Below, in pieces: positions 11,991 through 23,793 of a stretch of 64,000 nucleotides of DNA (position 1 is its first letter; every line of letters starts with the position of its first letter). A program made the position numbers and the translations under genes. The notes under the pieces were generated by a model. It saw only the letters and a list, made by a program, of their open reading frames with translations, was not told the origin of the DNA and did not search any database. The stretch is from Macrostomum hystrix (lineage: Eukaryota; Animalia; Platyhelminthes), in NCBI GenBank assembly GCA_950097015.1, contig CATNEN010000039.1:8804001-8868000 (forward strand). The letters run 5' to 3'.

Positions 11991-12916
11991 GCCAATTGAT
12001 TCAGTTGAACAGCCGAGTAAACTGTCTTTTTGGACATAAACAGCTAACTATGTAGCCTCGCAGAATATCTTCACGGCCATAGTCAACTTTCGGGAGGGTT
12101 CCAGGCTGTACCATGCCTAAGATTAAATATGATAATGCCCCCCAAAAACGTTTCTTTGGCCATGAAGTCGGCTGAGGACTCGTTTCTTGGCCGAGGCGCA
12201 GCCGATCTTATACATCTCGGCATGCCAACAACAACGGCGCAGACCTTTAATGAGTTCCGCCTTACATTTAGTGTTCGTGCTCTTGGTCAAGTAAGATTCA
12301 TATTAAATTCATATTTTAAGCATGTACATTTGTCATGCATAGTACGCATAGAGCCATAGACTACGCGACAGAAATTCAAAAATATTGGAGCCAATTTTTT
12401 CTGTGAAAATCAACCTTAGCATCATGCACAAATATTTGAAAAGTTATGCAAAACTCCAAGGTATTTTTTCATTGAATTGAATTTGGTAGTTCTACGACGT
12501 AGCAACACGACGTGTCAAAATATGTCAAAGTCTACTTAAAATATCAAGGCAATTTCTATGGAAGCTTCTTATAATCTTACAAGAAAAAGAAAATAACACT
12601 CCGAATTGAGGAGGCTGGATTGGAATGAACAGTCACTGGATTTAAAAAAAGTTAAATCCCTTTAAGTCGAATTTTCAAGTCGTTATTTTACCATAGACAA
12701 GAATTAAAAGATGTAATTTATCATTTTACGGGATTTAAATGTCATCCCGATAATTTCAGCTCAAAAAATTTAGGGAAAGGAAAAATTGAAAGCATTAGAA
12801 ACGTTAAAAACAATGGAAATATACACAATGCAGTCCTATACATACACACTGATCCGAACCACAAAATGTTAACAGGTCCAACAGCCGCCCGCGACCACCG
12901 ATCTAGATATTATTTA

Positions 12917-13735
12917 CTACCTTGCATCATTGAATATGAAGTTGCACTTGTAGGGAGCATTAGCAGCCTCAGCCAGTTTTTTAGCGTCCAGAACAGCCGA
13001 GCAATGTTGAATTTGGACATCGGACGTCCTCTCATAACAGCGTACTCCGGTCACGCTCCGGTGCCCTGTCCTTTCCATTATCTGCTGCTCATCCACCCGG
13101 GCCTGGTAGAGGCGAGTGGCGCAGGTGGCGCGCAGAGAATGACTGGACTTTGTTCCAACTATGCCCGCCTCTGCGCAGATGTTGGACAGGAAGGATGCGA
13201 GAGTGTTCTTGCCGACTGGCCGGTTGCAAAACCATACACTGGTTGGATTCTTCATTGGTTGCAGGTAGAACCGTGTGCTTCCGGCAGGCCTTACACTCAG
13301 AAACTGTTCGAACAGGCGAACATGACACCTCTCGGGTTTCGTCTCATTCTCAAAGTGGACTACTTCCTTTGGAACAATCCTTGAGCCACGGAGGCCACCA
13401 GCATTGGTCTTTGATACAGTCTCTTTGTAGACAATGCAACGCTTACAATTTCTCTCCTGAATACTGAATTGCCCAATGTCAAGATTGCTGTGCTCTTCTC
13501 CGCCGCGCAAAGCGAAGTGTAGCCCATTCACGTAAAAGAGTGTACGGAGAAGCTGCGTTGGAGAGCTGTTGCCCAGCACAGTTTCCCAAAGTTTTTCTTC
13601 TTCAGTCTCACTGATCACGCTTGCGCTTCTCTTGAACAAGCCAATGCCATCTCTAGTTTGAGCTTTTGCAGATTCTTCCTGCCACCGCCAGCCGACTGCC
13701 CGCTCCGCTCGGTTTGTTGAATTCGCAGACCGTCA
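12917..13735 (-). pseudogene. Crypton-type tyrosine recombinase YR2, N-terminally deleted
   Basis: Complete catalytic domain (HFALRGGEEH, SHSLRAT, TGHRS, RCYER) but no ATG; the upstream frame reads *RSANSTNRAERAVGWRWQEESAKAQTRDGIG and lacks the N-terminal domain seen in YR1 and YR4. Confidence 0.85.
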
Positions 13736-13983
13736 TGCTGCAACTGAATGAAGACAGGGTTTGAATTGTACAGTCTGCCTAAGCTCAGCAATTCACTAAC
13801 TTACTTATTAAAAGTGTAAACTAGCGTTTTCAGTCATGCCCCAAAGACGCAACGGCGGGCTTTGCTTTGGTTTGCTTTGCTAAAGTTGGATTCAAATAGA
13901 GCTGGCGGTAAAATTGTAGGACTCGAAGCTCGTTGACGATGGTCCTAATTTATACGCTGACGAGAGGGTTGGTCACTCGGAGT

Positions 13984-14358
13984 CCTCGTTTCTATTTGCT
14001 GCCCGCCAAGACGCCTACGCACATTTGGTTCTCCAGTCGACCGATCGGAAAAAACCAGTTAAGTGAATTTCTAGCCGACATGTGCAAAACGGCTGGTGTC
14101 CAAGGCAAGAAGACCAACCATAGTCCGCGCGCAACCTGCGCTACTAGACTTTATCAATCTGGTATCGAGGAACAACAGATAATGGAGCGCACTGGACATC
14201 GGAGTGTCACCGGAGTGCGAACGTACAAGCGAACGTCGGATATTCAGATTTGTCATTCATCGGCAGTCTTGGACAACAATAAGCTTTGTGAGGTTGCTAA
14301 GGCGTCTGATGCCAGCAGCTTTGTCTTCAAACATTGCTCAGCAGTTATCAACAACTAA
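13984..14358 (+). pseudogene. Crypton-type tyrosine recombinase YR3, C-terminal fragment
   Basis: RFYLLP..WFSSRPIGKN..NHSPRATCATRLYQ..TGHRSVTGVRTYKRTS aligns with YR2; the first catalytic Arg region is absent. Confidence 0.87.
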
Positions 14359-14802
14359 ACTAAAACTTCGCGTTATGTTGCCCTGATAGTTTCAAATTTT
14401 GTCGCGTTTGTACTTTTTTTCGAATTCGTTGCGAGTGGGTGAACTTGCGGGTTTGGCGAAAAATACATCCCCGAAAAGCAAAGATAACAGCCCGCCGTTG
14501 TGTCTATGACCTTTTTATGACTCTGAAAGTTTGAAAGTAGGGATTTAACACATTTTAAGCCACTTTAAAGTCACTTTCTTGAAGGTTATTGACATAGATT
14601 TTTATTTTTGCGGGATTCAAGAAACCACTTTCCCGGCTTGTTGCAAGTTTAACTGGCAAACAACTTTTGCCATAGACAACAATCAAACAATCAAACAGAC
14701 ATGTAAAAGAGCGCTGAAACAGTTTTAACAAAGTACATAGCAAACACTTCAAGTAAAGACTTCCTTTATAGAGTTAATGCCAGTATAATAAATTTGCCCC
14801 AA

Positions 14803-16249
14803 TTAATTGTTGATGGTTACACTACAGTCCTTGAAGTTGAAATTGATCACCTGGCCTCGGCCCGTACGCTGAACGATGCAGTCTCTAGACTTTTTCCATC
14901 CAAAATTGCACTGCATTTTTCGATTTGGACATCAGACGTTCGTTTGTAGCATCGCAGTGCAGTTAGACTTCGATGTCCTGTTCTCTCCATGATGAGCTGT
15001 TCTGTGTTCATCCACGTTTGCCTGGTACAAACGGGTGGCACATGTTGCACGCAGGCTGTGATTAGGTACTCGTCCAATGATTCCTGCCTCGGTGCACATT
15101 TCGTTCATGAATCCGCATAGCTTGTTTTTGCCAATAGGCCTATTTGCGAACCACTTAACACCAGGCTTGGCCAACGGTTGCAAATAGAAACGGGTCGCTC
15201 CTGCTGGACGCTTGAGTAAACGCTTTGCTTTCCCTTCCCAGCTCGATATTTGATTCCTACTAAACTTCGCTTTTTATGTTGCTTTTCGTTGTTCATTTAA
15301 ATGTGTTGTTAAAAAATATATATTAAAAAAATCAGCACCCATAGATGGCGTGCGCGTTTTAATAATAATAATAATAATAAAACTCTTCAAATAGGCTCAC
15401 ATGGCACCTAGTTGAATTGGTAGACTCAAAGTGGACAACCACCTTTGGTTTAATTCTTGTGTGACTGGCCAACCCACCAGCGTTGGTCTTTGAAACAGTT
15501 TAACGGTATACCAAGCAACGTTTCTCGTCTCTAATCTCAATTGACAGTTGGTCGATTGTCATAGCGCTGTGCTCCTCCCCTCCTCTAAGGGCAAAATGTA
15601 ACCCATTTAGATAGAAAAGTGTCCTGAGTAACTTCTTCGGAGTATCATTGCGCAGCACATTGGTCCATAGCTTCTCTTCGTCGGTGTCAGTGATCACACG
15701 CGCACTCTTACTGGCCAGACCTCTTCCCTCCCTAGCACCAATTTTCATAGCAGCGTCAAGACTCTCCCTGACAAGACGAAACTGCTTAACTCGGAAAAAG
15801 TCGACGTGTCGAACGGAACAGATCGTTTGTTGCAACCCGCAGACAAGTGACACTAGCGTTCCCGGCGGGTATTTAGAGCCATCTAGACGCACAGCTCCAT
15901 GGATGAATTGTGGAACCAACTGGTTGATGGAGACGTCGTCCAACTCATCAACAGACACGGTGCATGGAATCCTAGCAGTGTGAAGCCAACGAATGAAAAC
16001 ACCGACGGCCCACTTGTTACGCTTGATGGTGTTTACAGCCTTTGTACTCTCATTAAGAGCTTTCACTGCATCTAGGGCCTCGCATTCACGAACAGCTCTC
16101 ACTGCTTGAACAGAGTATGGATCACGAAAATCTAAACCTTCAATCAAAATCTCTCACAAGTCGCGCTCGGTGATACAATTTGGGTCATAATCGCCGCAGA
16201 AACCTGCCGCAAAGTGCACTAAAGGATTTATTAAGACTCGCTCTTCCAT
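14803..16249 (-). pseudogene. Crypton-type tyrosine recombinase YR4, full-length but disabled
   Basis: ATG at 16249 (MEERVLINP..), in-frame stops near 16155 and at 15500, an insertion at about 15221-15380 and frameshifts near the 3' end; motifs HFALRGGEEH, SKTNAGGL, NHSLRAT, TGHRS, RCYKRTS; ends FNFKDCSVTINN*. Confidence 0.88.
15221..15380 (+). mobile_element. About 160-bp insertion ending in an (AAT)n tail, probably a 5'-truncated retroposon
   Basis: Interrupts YR4 between ..SLFEEF and LLKRPAG..; ends AATAATAATAATAATAATAA. Confidence 0.6.
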
Positions 16250-17872
16250 TTGTTCTTCCTCAATGGACGTAATTTTTATTTCGCTTCTTCGCTCAAGTTT
16301 CTATTTTGTAACATACATCTACTTTTACCATAGACATCGCTAGACGTGGCTCTGGGATTTATATGCATACATCCCGCAAAATTAAATTAGTTTAAATACG
16401 TAATACTCGTATGTTATTCTATGGGTTTTTCGGACTAAGTACTGATTTCACCGCCACTGGATTTCACCGATTTTTTTAATAAATTTTCAACAGCCAAAAC
16501 TGTATAAAATCGATGGCGCAAGTTAATTTAGAGATGCGCCTAAATTTCTAGCACTGCGCGTTTCGTCGGGACGGCAAAAGAGCGATTTTTTGTTTTATTA
16601 TAGGCGGTGAATCGGCGGTGAATCAGATAAATGTAAATTATATTTTGCGCGTTATTGCGCATGAAAAGCGGTGTTATATTTTAAGTTTACATGCCTTTGC
16701 GCGATCCTTTTTGCATCTTAGAGTCGTTTTATATGCCTTTGGCTTTATGAAATAGCCTGTTGAAATATTACTTTTAAAACAAAGCTGGCGCGAATTCGAA
16801 ATCAATACACATGCTGGAAGAAATTAGAAGTTGGCTATTCGTAGGCCTACGGTACCCACTCGTGTTACACTCTGTAAAGCCAATTCTGTGTTACAACACG
16901 AGCCTTCAAAGCGGTTCTCTGCGCGCAGCGGCGTAGCGATACGCGCAGCTTTAGCTTTCAAAGTCAATGCAATGCTTTAATATGGGGCACAAATGTACGT
17001 GCTTAAATATAATATAATCAATGCTGTTAGATATCGTTTCAATGACTGACTCTTTTATAGAGTTACCAGGATCAATACAATCGATTCGATACAGTGTCTT
17101 TACAATTTATTTGTATATTATTGTTTCCTATAGGCCTATTATTGCTAATTATAATTTGCTAGCTATTGAATGTTGGCCTACCTATGCCTAGCTAGATATG
17201 AATGGATGGCTATAGGCCTATAGCCATAGTTATAAACAGACCCCATGGCTCAGACCATAGTAGAAAGTTTAGCTAGCAAATATAGCTAGCTTCTAGCAAA
17301 AATCTAGCTAAAAAGCATGTTCTGCTAGACATTAGCTATTTAGAATGTTTTCCTAGCTAGGCTTGTTAAAGAACAGGCACAGCCCCAAGCCTAAGCTAAT
17401 AGTGTGACAGCTACTATTATGAGTACTATTATTAATATTTATTGCTAAACAGCAACACAAGTAAAATTTATAGTTTATTAGAAGCTGACATATTTAAATT
17501 TTATTATCATATATATTTTTTAACCATGAAATAATAATTCAATAATTTATTAATTCTTATATGGCTTAGATATATTCAAATATATATAGGCTCATAGACA
17601 GCTAGATTATTGCCAAAAAATATTTCTTAGGAATAATAACTAATGACAAATATGTTTGTTTCTATATATTATATAAATATATATACTTTTTTGTTTCTTT
17701 TCCATTCCTTTTCTCCTATTCATTGCTCCTGTTCCTCTGGCTCATTTACTACCCTTGCTACTCTTCATCCTGCTACCTGTTCCTTTATCAACTGCTCTAC
17801 TACCCCCTGTTCCCCTATCAACTCCTCCTCCACCCACTGTTTCTCTACCAACTGCTTCTTTACCCCCCTGCT

Positions 17873-18934
17873 CCTCTACCCTACTCTTCTACACCTTGCT
17901 CCTCTACTGGCCCTGCCTCTCTACCCCTGCACCTCTACCCTACTCTTCTACACCTTGCTCCTCTACTGGCCCTGCCTCTCTACCCCTGCACCTCTACCCT
18001 ACTCTTCTACACCTTGCTCCTCTACTGGCCCTGCCTCTCTACCCCTGCACCTCTACCCTACTCTTCTACACCTTGCTCCTCTACTGGCCCTGCCTCTCTA
18101 CCCCTGCACCTCTACCCTACTCTTCTACACCTTGCTCCTCTACTGGCCCTGCCTCTCTACCCCTGCACCTCTACCCTACTCTTCTACACCTTGCTCCTCT
18201 ACTGGCCCTGCCTCTCTACCCCTGCACCTCTACCCTACTCTTCTACACCTTGCTCCTCTACTGGCCCTGCCTCTCTACCCCTGCACCTCTACCCTACTCT
18301 TCTACACCTTGCTCCTCTACTGGCCCTGCCTCTCTACCCCTGCACCTCTACCCTACTCTTCTACACCTTGCTCCTCTACTGGCCCTGCCTCTCTACCCCT
18401 GCACCTCTACCCTACTCTTCTACACCTTGCTCCTCTACTGGCCCTGCCTCTCTACCCCTGCACCTCTACCCTACTCTTCTACACCTTGCTCCTCTACTGG
18501 CCCTGCCTCTCTACCCCTGCACCTCTACCCTACTCTTCTACACCTTGCTCCTCTACTGGCCCTGCCTCTCTACCCCTGCACCTCTACCCTACTCTTCTAC
18601 ACCTTGCTCCTCTACTGGCCCTGCCTCTCTACCCCTGCACCTCTACCCTACTCTTCTACACCTTGCTCCTCTACTGGCCCTGCCTCTCTACCCCTGCACC
18701 TCTACCCTACTCTTCTACACCTTGCTCCTCTACTGGCCCTGCCTCTCTACCCCTGCACCTCTACCCTACTCTTCTACACCTTGCTCCTCTACTGGCCCTG
18801 CCTCTCTACCCCTGCACCTCTACCCTACTCTTCTACACCTTGCTCCTCTACTGGCCCTGCCTCTTTACCCCTGCACCTCTACCCTACTCTTCTACACCTT
18901 GCTCCTCTACTGGCCCTGCCTCTCTACCCCTGCA
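17873..18934. repeat. 59-bp minisatellite, 18 copies (left arm)
   Basis: Unit CCTCTACCCTACTCTTCTACACCTTGCTCCTCTACTGGCCCTGCCTCTCTACCCCTGCA. Confidence 0.97.
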
Positions 18935-19071
18935 CCTCTAACCCCTGCTCCTCTAACCCCTGCTCCTCTACCCCAGCACCTCAACCCCTGCTCCTCTAAC
19001 CCCTGTTCCTCTACTGGCCCTTCTACTCTACCCATGCTCCTCTACCACAGCTCCTCTAACACTTTCTGTTC

Positions 19072-20055
19072 CTTGATAGTCCCCTCCCCCATCCTCCATG
19101 GCATTCCTCCTGCCATCCTTGACAGTCCCCTCCCCATCCTCCATGGCATTCCTCATGCCATCCTTGACAGTCCCCTTCCCATCCTCCATGGCATTCCTTC
19201 CGCCATCCTTAATAGTCCCCTCTCCCATCCTCCTTGGCATTCCTTCCGCCATCCTTAATAGTCCCCTCCCCATCCTCCATGGCATTCCTCCTGCCATCCT
19301 TGACAGTCCCCTCCCTTATCCTCCCTGGCCTTGACAGTCCCCTCTCCCATCCTCCTTGGCATTCCTTCCGCCATCCTTAATAGTCCCCTCCCCATCCTCC
19401 ATGGCATTACTCCTGCCATCCTTGACAGTCCCCTCCCCATCCTCCATGGCATTCCTCCTGCCATCCTTGACAGTCCCCTCCCCATCCTCCATGGCATTAC
19501 TCCTGCCATCCTTGACAGTCCCCTCCCCATCCTCCATGGCATTCCTTCCGCCATCCTTAACAGTCCCCTCCCCATCCTCCATGGCATTCCTCCCGCCATC
19601 CTTGACAGTCCCCTCCCCATCCTCCATGGCATTCCTCATGCCATCCTTGACAGTCCCCTTCCCATCCTCCATGGCATTCCTCCTGCCATCCTTGACAGTC
19701 CCCTCCCCATCCTCCATGGCATTCCTTCCGCCATCCTTGACAGTCCCCTCCCCATCCTCCATGGCATTCCTTCCGCCATCCTTGACAGTCCCCTCCCCAT
19801 CCTCCATGGCATTCCTCCCGCCATCCTTGACAGTCCCCTCCCCATCCTCCATGGCATTCCTCATGCCATCCTTGACAGTCCCCTTCCCATCCTCCATGGC
19901 ATTCCTTCCGCCATCCTTAATAGTCCCCTCCCCATCCTCCATGGCATTCCTCCTGCCATCCTTGACAGTCCCCTCCCTTATCCTCCCTGGCCTTGACAGT
20001 CCCCTCTCCTATCCTCCTTGGCATTCCTCCCGCCGTCCTTGATAGTCCCCTCCCT
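19072..20055. repeat. 45-bp minisatellite (left arm), about 22 units including two partial ones
   Basis: Unit CTTGACAGTCCCCTCCCCATCCTCCATGGCATTCCTCCTGCCATC. Confidence 0.96.
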
Positions 20056-20712
20056 CTTCCCAGCACCTCTTTCATTCCCCCTGCTTTTGAAAAATTGGCT
20101 GTTTTGTCTAAATTAAAAAATAAAAAGGTACAACATCCTATTACCTATGTTTCCTTTCAGGAGCATGTGGCTCTCGCTGGAAGTTTCTATAAGCACATCC
20201 TGTTCGACTTGTCCTGAGTCAATTTTCGGTGCACATTCGAGATGCACATTTTCGGAGCCCTTGATCCTGTGCTCTGACGGATATTTCAGAGCTATGACTG
20301 CTCAGACTACAAAAGTACAGCCCGGGTTGACGTTGACTGTCAGTTTTTTTTTATTATAATATTTCGCTAGTCAGCGCGTAAGGCTGATAATTACATATCT
20401 TGAGAAACACTCTTGTCATTCGACAGTATTTTCGCTATTTTACACTGAGTACACCACACCTTAAGCATTTCGCAGTTTGATGCCCTATTTTTATGATAAA
20501 TATACTAGCTATTTGAAAGCCATTAAACGATGCGCATACTTATATTATTCTCCTGTAAGGCGTACGTTTCAAACAATTTCTACAACAAATTCTCATCTTT
20601 CAGTGTTAGCAGCTGTACTCTTCAGCGGTTCAGTTGCCTGTCAAATTGTTTGGTTCTTTTATGGTTTCTGAACTATCTTCATGGCAAGATCCCAAACAGA
20701 ATCCTCGCAACT

Positions 20713-21297
20713 GATCCCCATCGAGATGGGTTGCCACACATTCATCAGCGACCGGGTCCTGATCCCCATCATGCAGGGTTGCCACACATCCATCAGCGAC
20801 CGGGTCCTGATCCCCATCATGCAGGGTTGCCACACATCCATCAGCGACCGGGTCCTGATCTCCATCATGCAGGGTTGCCACACATCCATCAGCGACCGGG
20901 TCCTGATCCCCATCATGCAGGGTTGCCACACATCCATCAGCGACCGGGTCCTGATCCCCATCATGCAGGGTTGCCACACATCCATCAGCGACCGGGTCCT
21001 GATCTCCATCATGCAGGGTTGCCACACATCCATCAGCGACCGGGTCCTGATCTCCATCATGCAGGGTTGCCACACATCCATCAGCGACCGGGTCCTGATC
21101 TCCATCATGCAGGGTTGCCACACATCCATCAGCGACTGGGTCCTGATCCCCATCATGCAGGGTTGCCACACATCCATCAGCGACCGGGTCCTGATCTCCA
21201 TCATGCAGGGTTGCCACACATCCATCAGCGACCGGGTCCTGATCTCCATCATGCAGGGTTGCCACACATCCATCAGCGACCGGGTCCTGATCCCCAT
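20713..21297. repeat. 48-bp minisatellite, 12 copies (left arm)
   Basis: Unit CGACCGGGTCCTGATCYCCATCATGCAGGGTTGCCACACATCCATCAG. Confidence 0.97.
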
Positions 21298-21329
21298 CCT
21301 GATCGACCTGTAAATATCGATACTATTAC

Positions 21330-21341
21330 GAGCGTTTGATT
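21330..21341 (+). repeat. 12-bp target-site duplication, left copy (GAGCGTTTGATT)
   Basis: Identical to 41396-41407, which immediately follows the LINE-B tail. Confidence 0.88.
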
Positions 21342-21474
21342 GCTCGCACCGGCGGGACACAACGCCTGTGAGTTATGAGTCAGTCCAGGCCCACGGGCTA
21401 AGGTCTGCGATGCCTCACACCTGCATGAGTCGCTTTTTGAGCAGGCTTGGCAGGAAGGAGCCCTGTGCCTTCGG

Positions 21475-22570
21475 GTGCCGACCGAAGCTGCCGGGGCGGG
21501 AGGCCTCCGGCCCACCTATCCGGCCCCTGAGGAAGGCAGGGCGCCTGAAGCCAAGGAGGGGGTTCCCCTGCCGGTTTATCGCACTGCATTGGACCCTCAG
21601 CCCGGTATCAGTGTAGCCAAGCCAGCCGGGGCGGCGGGCGCGGAAGGCCCTAGGCCTGCCTGCCCTGCCGCCCTGGAGGGTGGGGCCTCTGCCACCGCGG
21701 CTGGGGGGAGTCGTAACAACCGGCCCACCTTCGCCGCCGTCGCAAAGAGACAGCCGGCGATCGTCTTGCTCGGCAGAGACGCACGTCTGACTGCCGACCA
21801 GCTGAAGCAGGCGAGCCGCGTCATCGACGGGCTCCTGTGGAAGCAAACCCTGAAGGGCACGCCCCTGGCCATAAAGACCCACGCCACGCGGGACTCGGGC
21901 CTGCTCATCTGGCCCAGCGATGCCGAGTCAGGCCGGCGCCTCCTGGAGATGCTGCCTGGGCAGAACTGGGAAGCCAATATGGCCTTCCACCGAGAGGACG
22001 AGCCACCCCAGATGAAGAGGCACCGCATCTTAGTTCCGGCGGCCAGCGTCGTTACCTCCTCGGAAGAGTTGCCGAATGGACTGCTTGCAGTCAACCGCGA
22101 CCTGCCTGCCGCGGGCCTAGGGTGCACGACACCATTCAGCATCCCGAGGGTCGGGGCTTCACCGCCATTCTTGGCCTGTCGGACGTCTGGATGCGCAAGT
22201 ACCCAGACGACACAGATCGCCATCGGCCTCCTAAAGCTGCGCATCAGAGCTTTTGTGGCAGACAAGCGCCGAAAGCGGGCGCGAACCCAACTGAGGCAGC
22301 AGCCGAAGGAGCTTCAGCCCCTAAGGCAGCAAAGCTCTCAGATAGGGGACACAAAGCCCAGCATAGCCGCGCTGGTAAGGCAGATCGCGCTGTTGAGGGG
22401 GGCTCTGATCGCCACCCAGCGCGCTCCACTAAGCGGAAAGGCCTCCTGCAGAGGGCCGCAGAGGCAGTCCAGTCTGCCAAGCTGACCCACCTAATGAGGG
22501 AGGTCTCCGGCCAGTCAAGGCGAGTTGCCCAGCCTAGGGCGACTGGCGGCGCCACCGGTGGGCCCAGCTC
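21475..22570 (+). pseudogene. LINE-A ORF1-like region, frameshifted
   Basis: Lies upstream of the endonuclease; contains PTFAAVAK, a motif common in LINE ORF1 proteins; coding continues in alternating frames. Confidence 0.6.
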
Positions 22571-23566
22571 CAAAGGTAAAGCCCCAAAACGTGCCCTCTG
22601 GGTACAACTGCTTCTGCGTTAGCCCCCGCGAGGCGAACCGGCCACCTAGAGCCTGTATCTTCGGGGCCAAAACCCTCGGTGCTTGGCTCAGATCCGACCT
22701 GTCTAACGGGGATATCTGCGTCATTCAATCTGAGGATCTGCTGCCTGGGAAGACCACCCTCGTTGCCTCGGTTTACCTACCAGGTGACGCAGCGGTCGTC
22801 CCCCGGACGCTCCCGGAAGTCTGCTCTGCCAGGAACTACGAGCTCATGGTCGCCGGCGATATCAACACCCACCATACCCACTGGGGCAGCACAGGGATAA
22901 ACCAGAGAGGCGAAGACCTCCTGTCCTATGTTGCCTCTACGACCCTTGAGTTCTGCAACTCCGGGTCTACACCTACCTTCGACAATGGTCGCTGGTCAGA
23001 GGTGATTGACGCCACACTCGCATCACCCAAGCTCTTTCAGAGTATTGGGGAGTGGCGCGTGCTCCCGGTGCCATCCCTCTCTGACCATAAGTTAATTCAC
23101 TTTCGTGTGGCGAGCGCTCGCAGCCTTAACCACATCACGTGGAGACGGAACGCCAGAAATACTGATTGGGAAGCCTTCAGGCATGCCCTGGAGGCAACCC
23201 ATCGGTCTTCGGGCCAACCACCCACTATTTCGATGTGCCGAGAAGCGGACGAGTGCGCGACTGTTTTAACAGAAACGCTAACCGCCGCCTTCGAGGCAGC
23301 CTGTCCCCTAAAGGCCTACAAAGGCAAGACATCTGCGCCGTGCTGGAATCCTGAGCTCGGCGACCTCCCTCGCAGAGCGAAGAAATTACACCGCAGAGCA
23401 AACAAAACCAGGAGCCCTGCAGAGCAGACCGCCTACCTTGAAGCCATCCATGAGTTCAAGAGGGAGATCAGGAATGCCAAGGCCCAGAAGTGACGTCAAT
23501 ACTGCGAGGAGCTAGAAGGCTCACGCCCACCTCCAGGATTGTCAAAGCACTTACGTTGGACAAAAT
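22570..23566 (+). pseudogene. LINE-A ORF2 AP-endonuclease region
   Basis: ASVYLP, AGDINTHHTHWGS, NQRGE, TPTF, VIDAT, SDHKLI; stop at 23493; the N-terminal QEPW motif is missing. Confidence 0.9.
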
Positions 23567-23784
23567 TGTCATGCCGTAGTCTAATAGCACTCACGTATCG
23601 CTTTGCCGGTCAATCTAATATGTACATGCATCACTAACTCTCGCTCACTATGTACATGCCCCCCACGCGCACGTTGATCGTATCGGTTGCACGTTGAGGC
23701 AAATATATAAATACTGTCTCGCCCTACTTGGAGGGCTCACCTTTTTCTTCGCACCTCACACAGCTTGACTCTTGAGCCATTACA
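23567..23784 (+). repeat. Gypsy-2 5' LTR
   Basis: TGTCATGCC...CATTACA; matches the 3' LTR except at position 2. Confidence 0.97.
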
Positions 23785-23793
23785 TTGGCGTCC

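Larger units (their letters stand above)
16434..21297 (+). repeat. Left arm of long inverted repeat (4864 bp)
   Basis: Reverse complement of 41590-45946 with only scattered substitutions, a 5-bp indel and copy-number differences; mirrored ORF-track entries confirm it. Confidence 0.98.

Noticed and set aside
16434-16445. Assigning the palindrome to Polinton, CACTA, Tc1 or piggyBac from its termini
   Set aside because: The terminus ACTAAGTACTG and its flanks fit none cleanly; a TA duplication reading cannot be separated from the inverted repeat itself.
17643-21360. Long Pro/Leu/His-rich ORFs in the left arm (and mirrors at 41526-44742)
   Set aside because: They are translations of stop-free minisatellites, open in several frames and both strands; no domain evidence.
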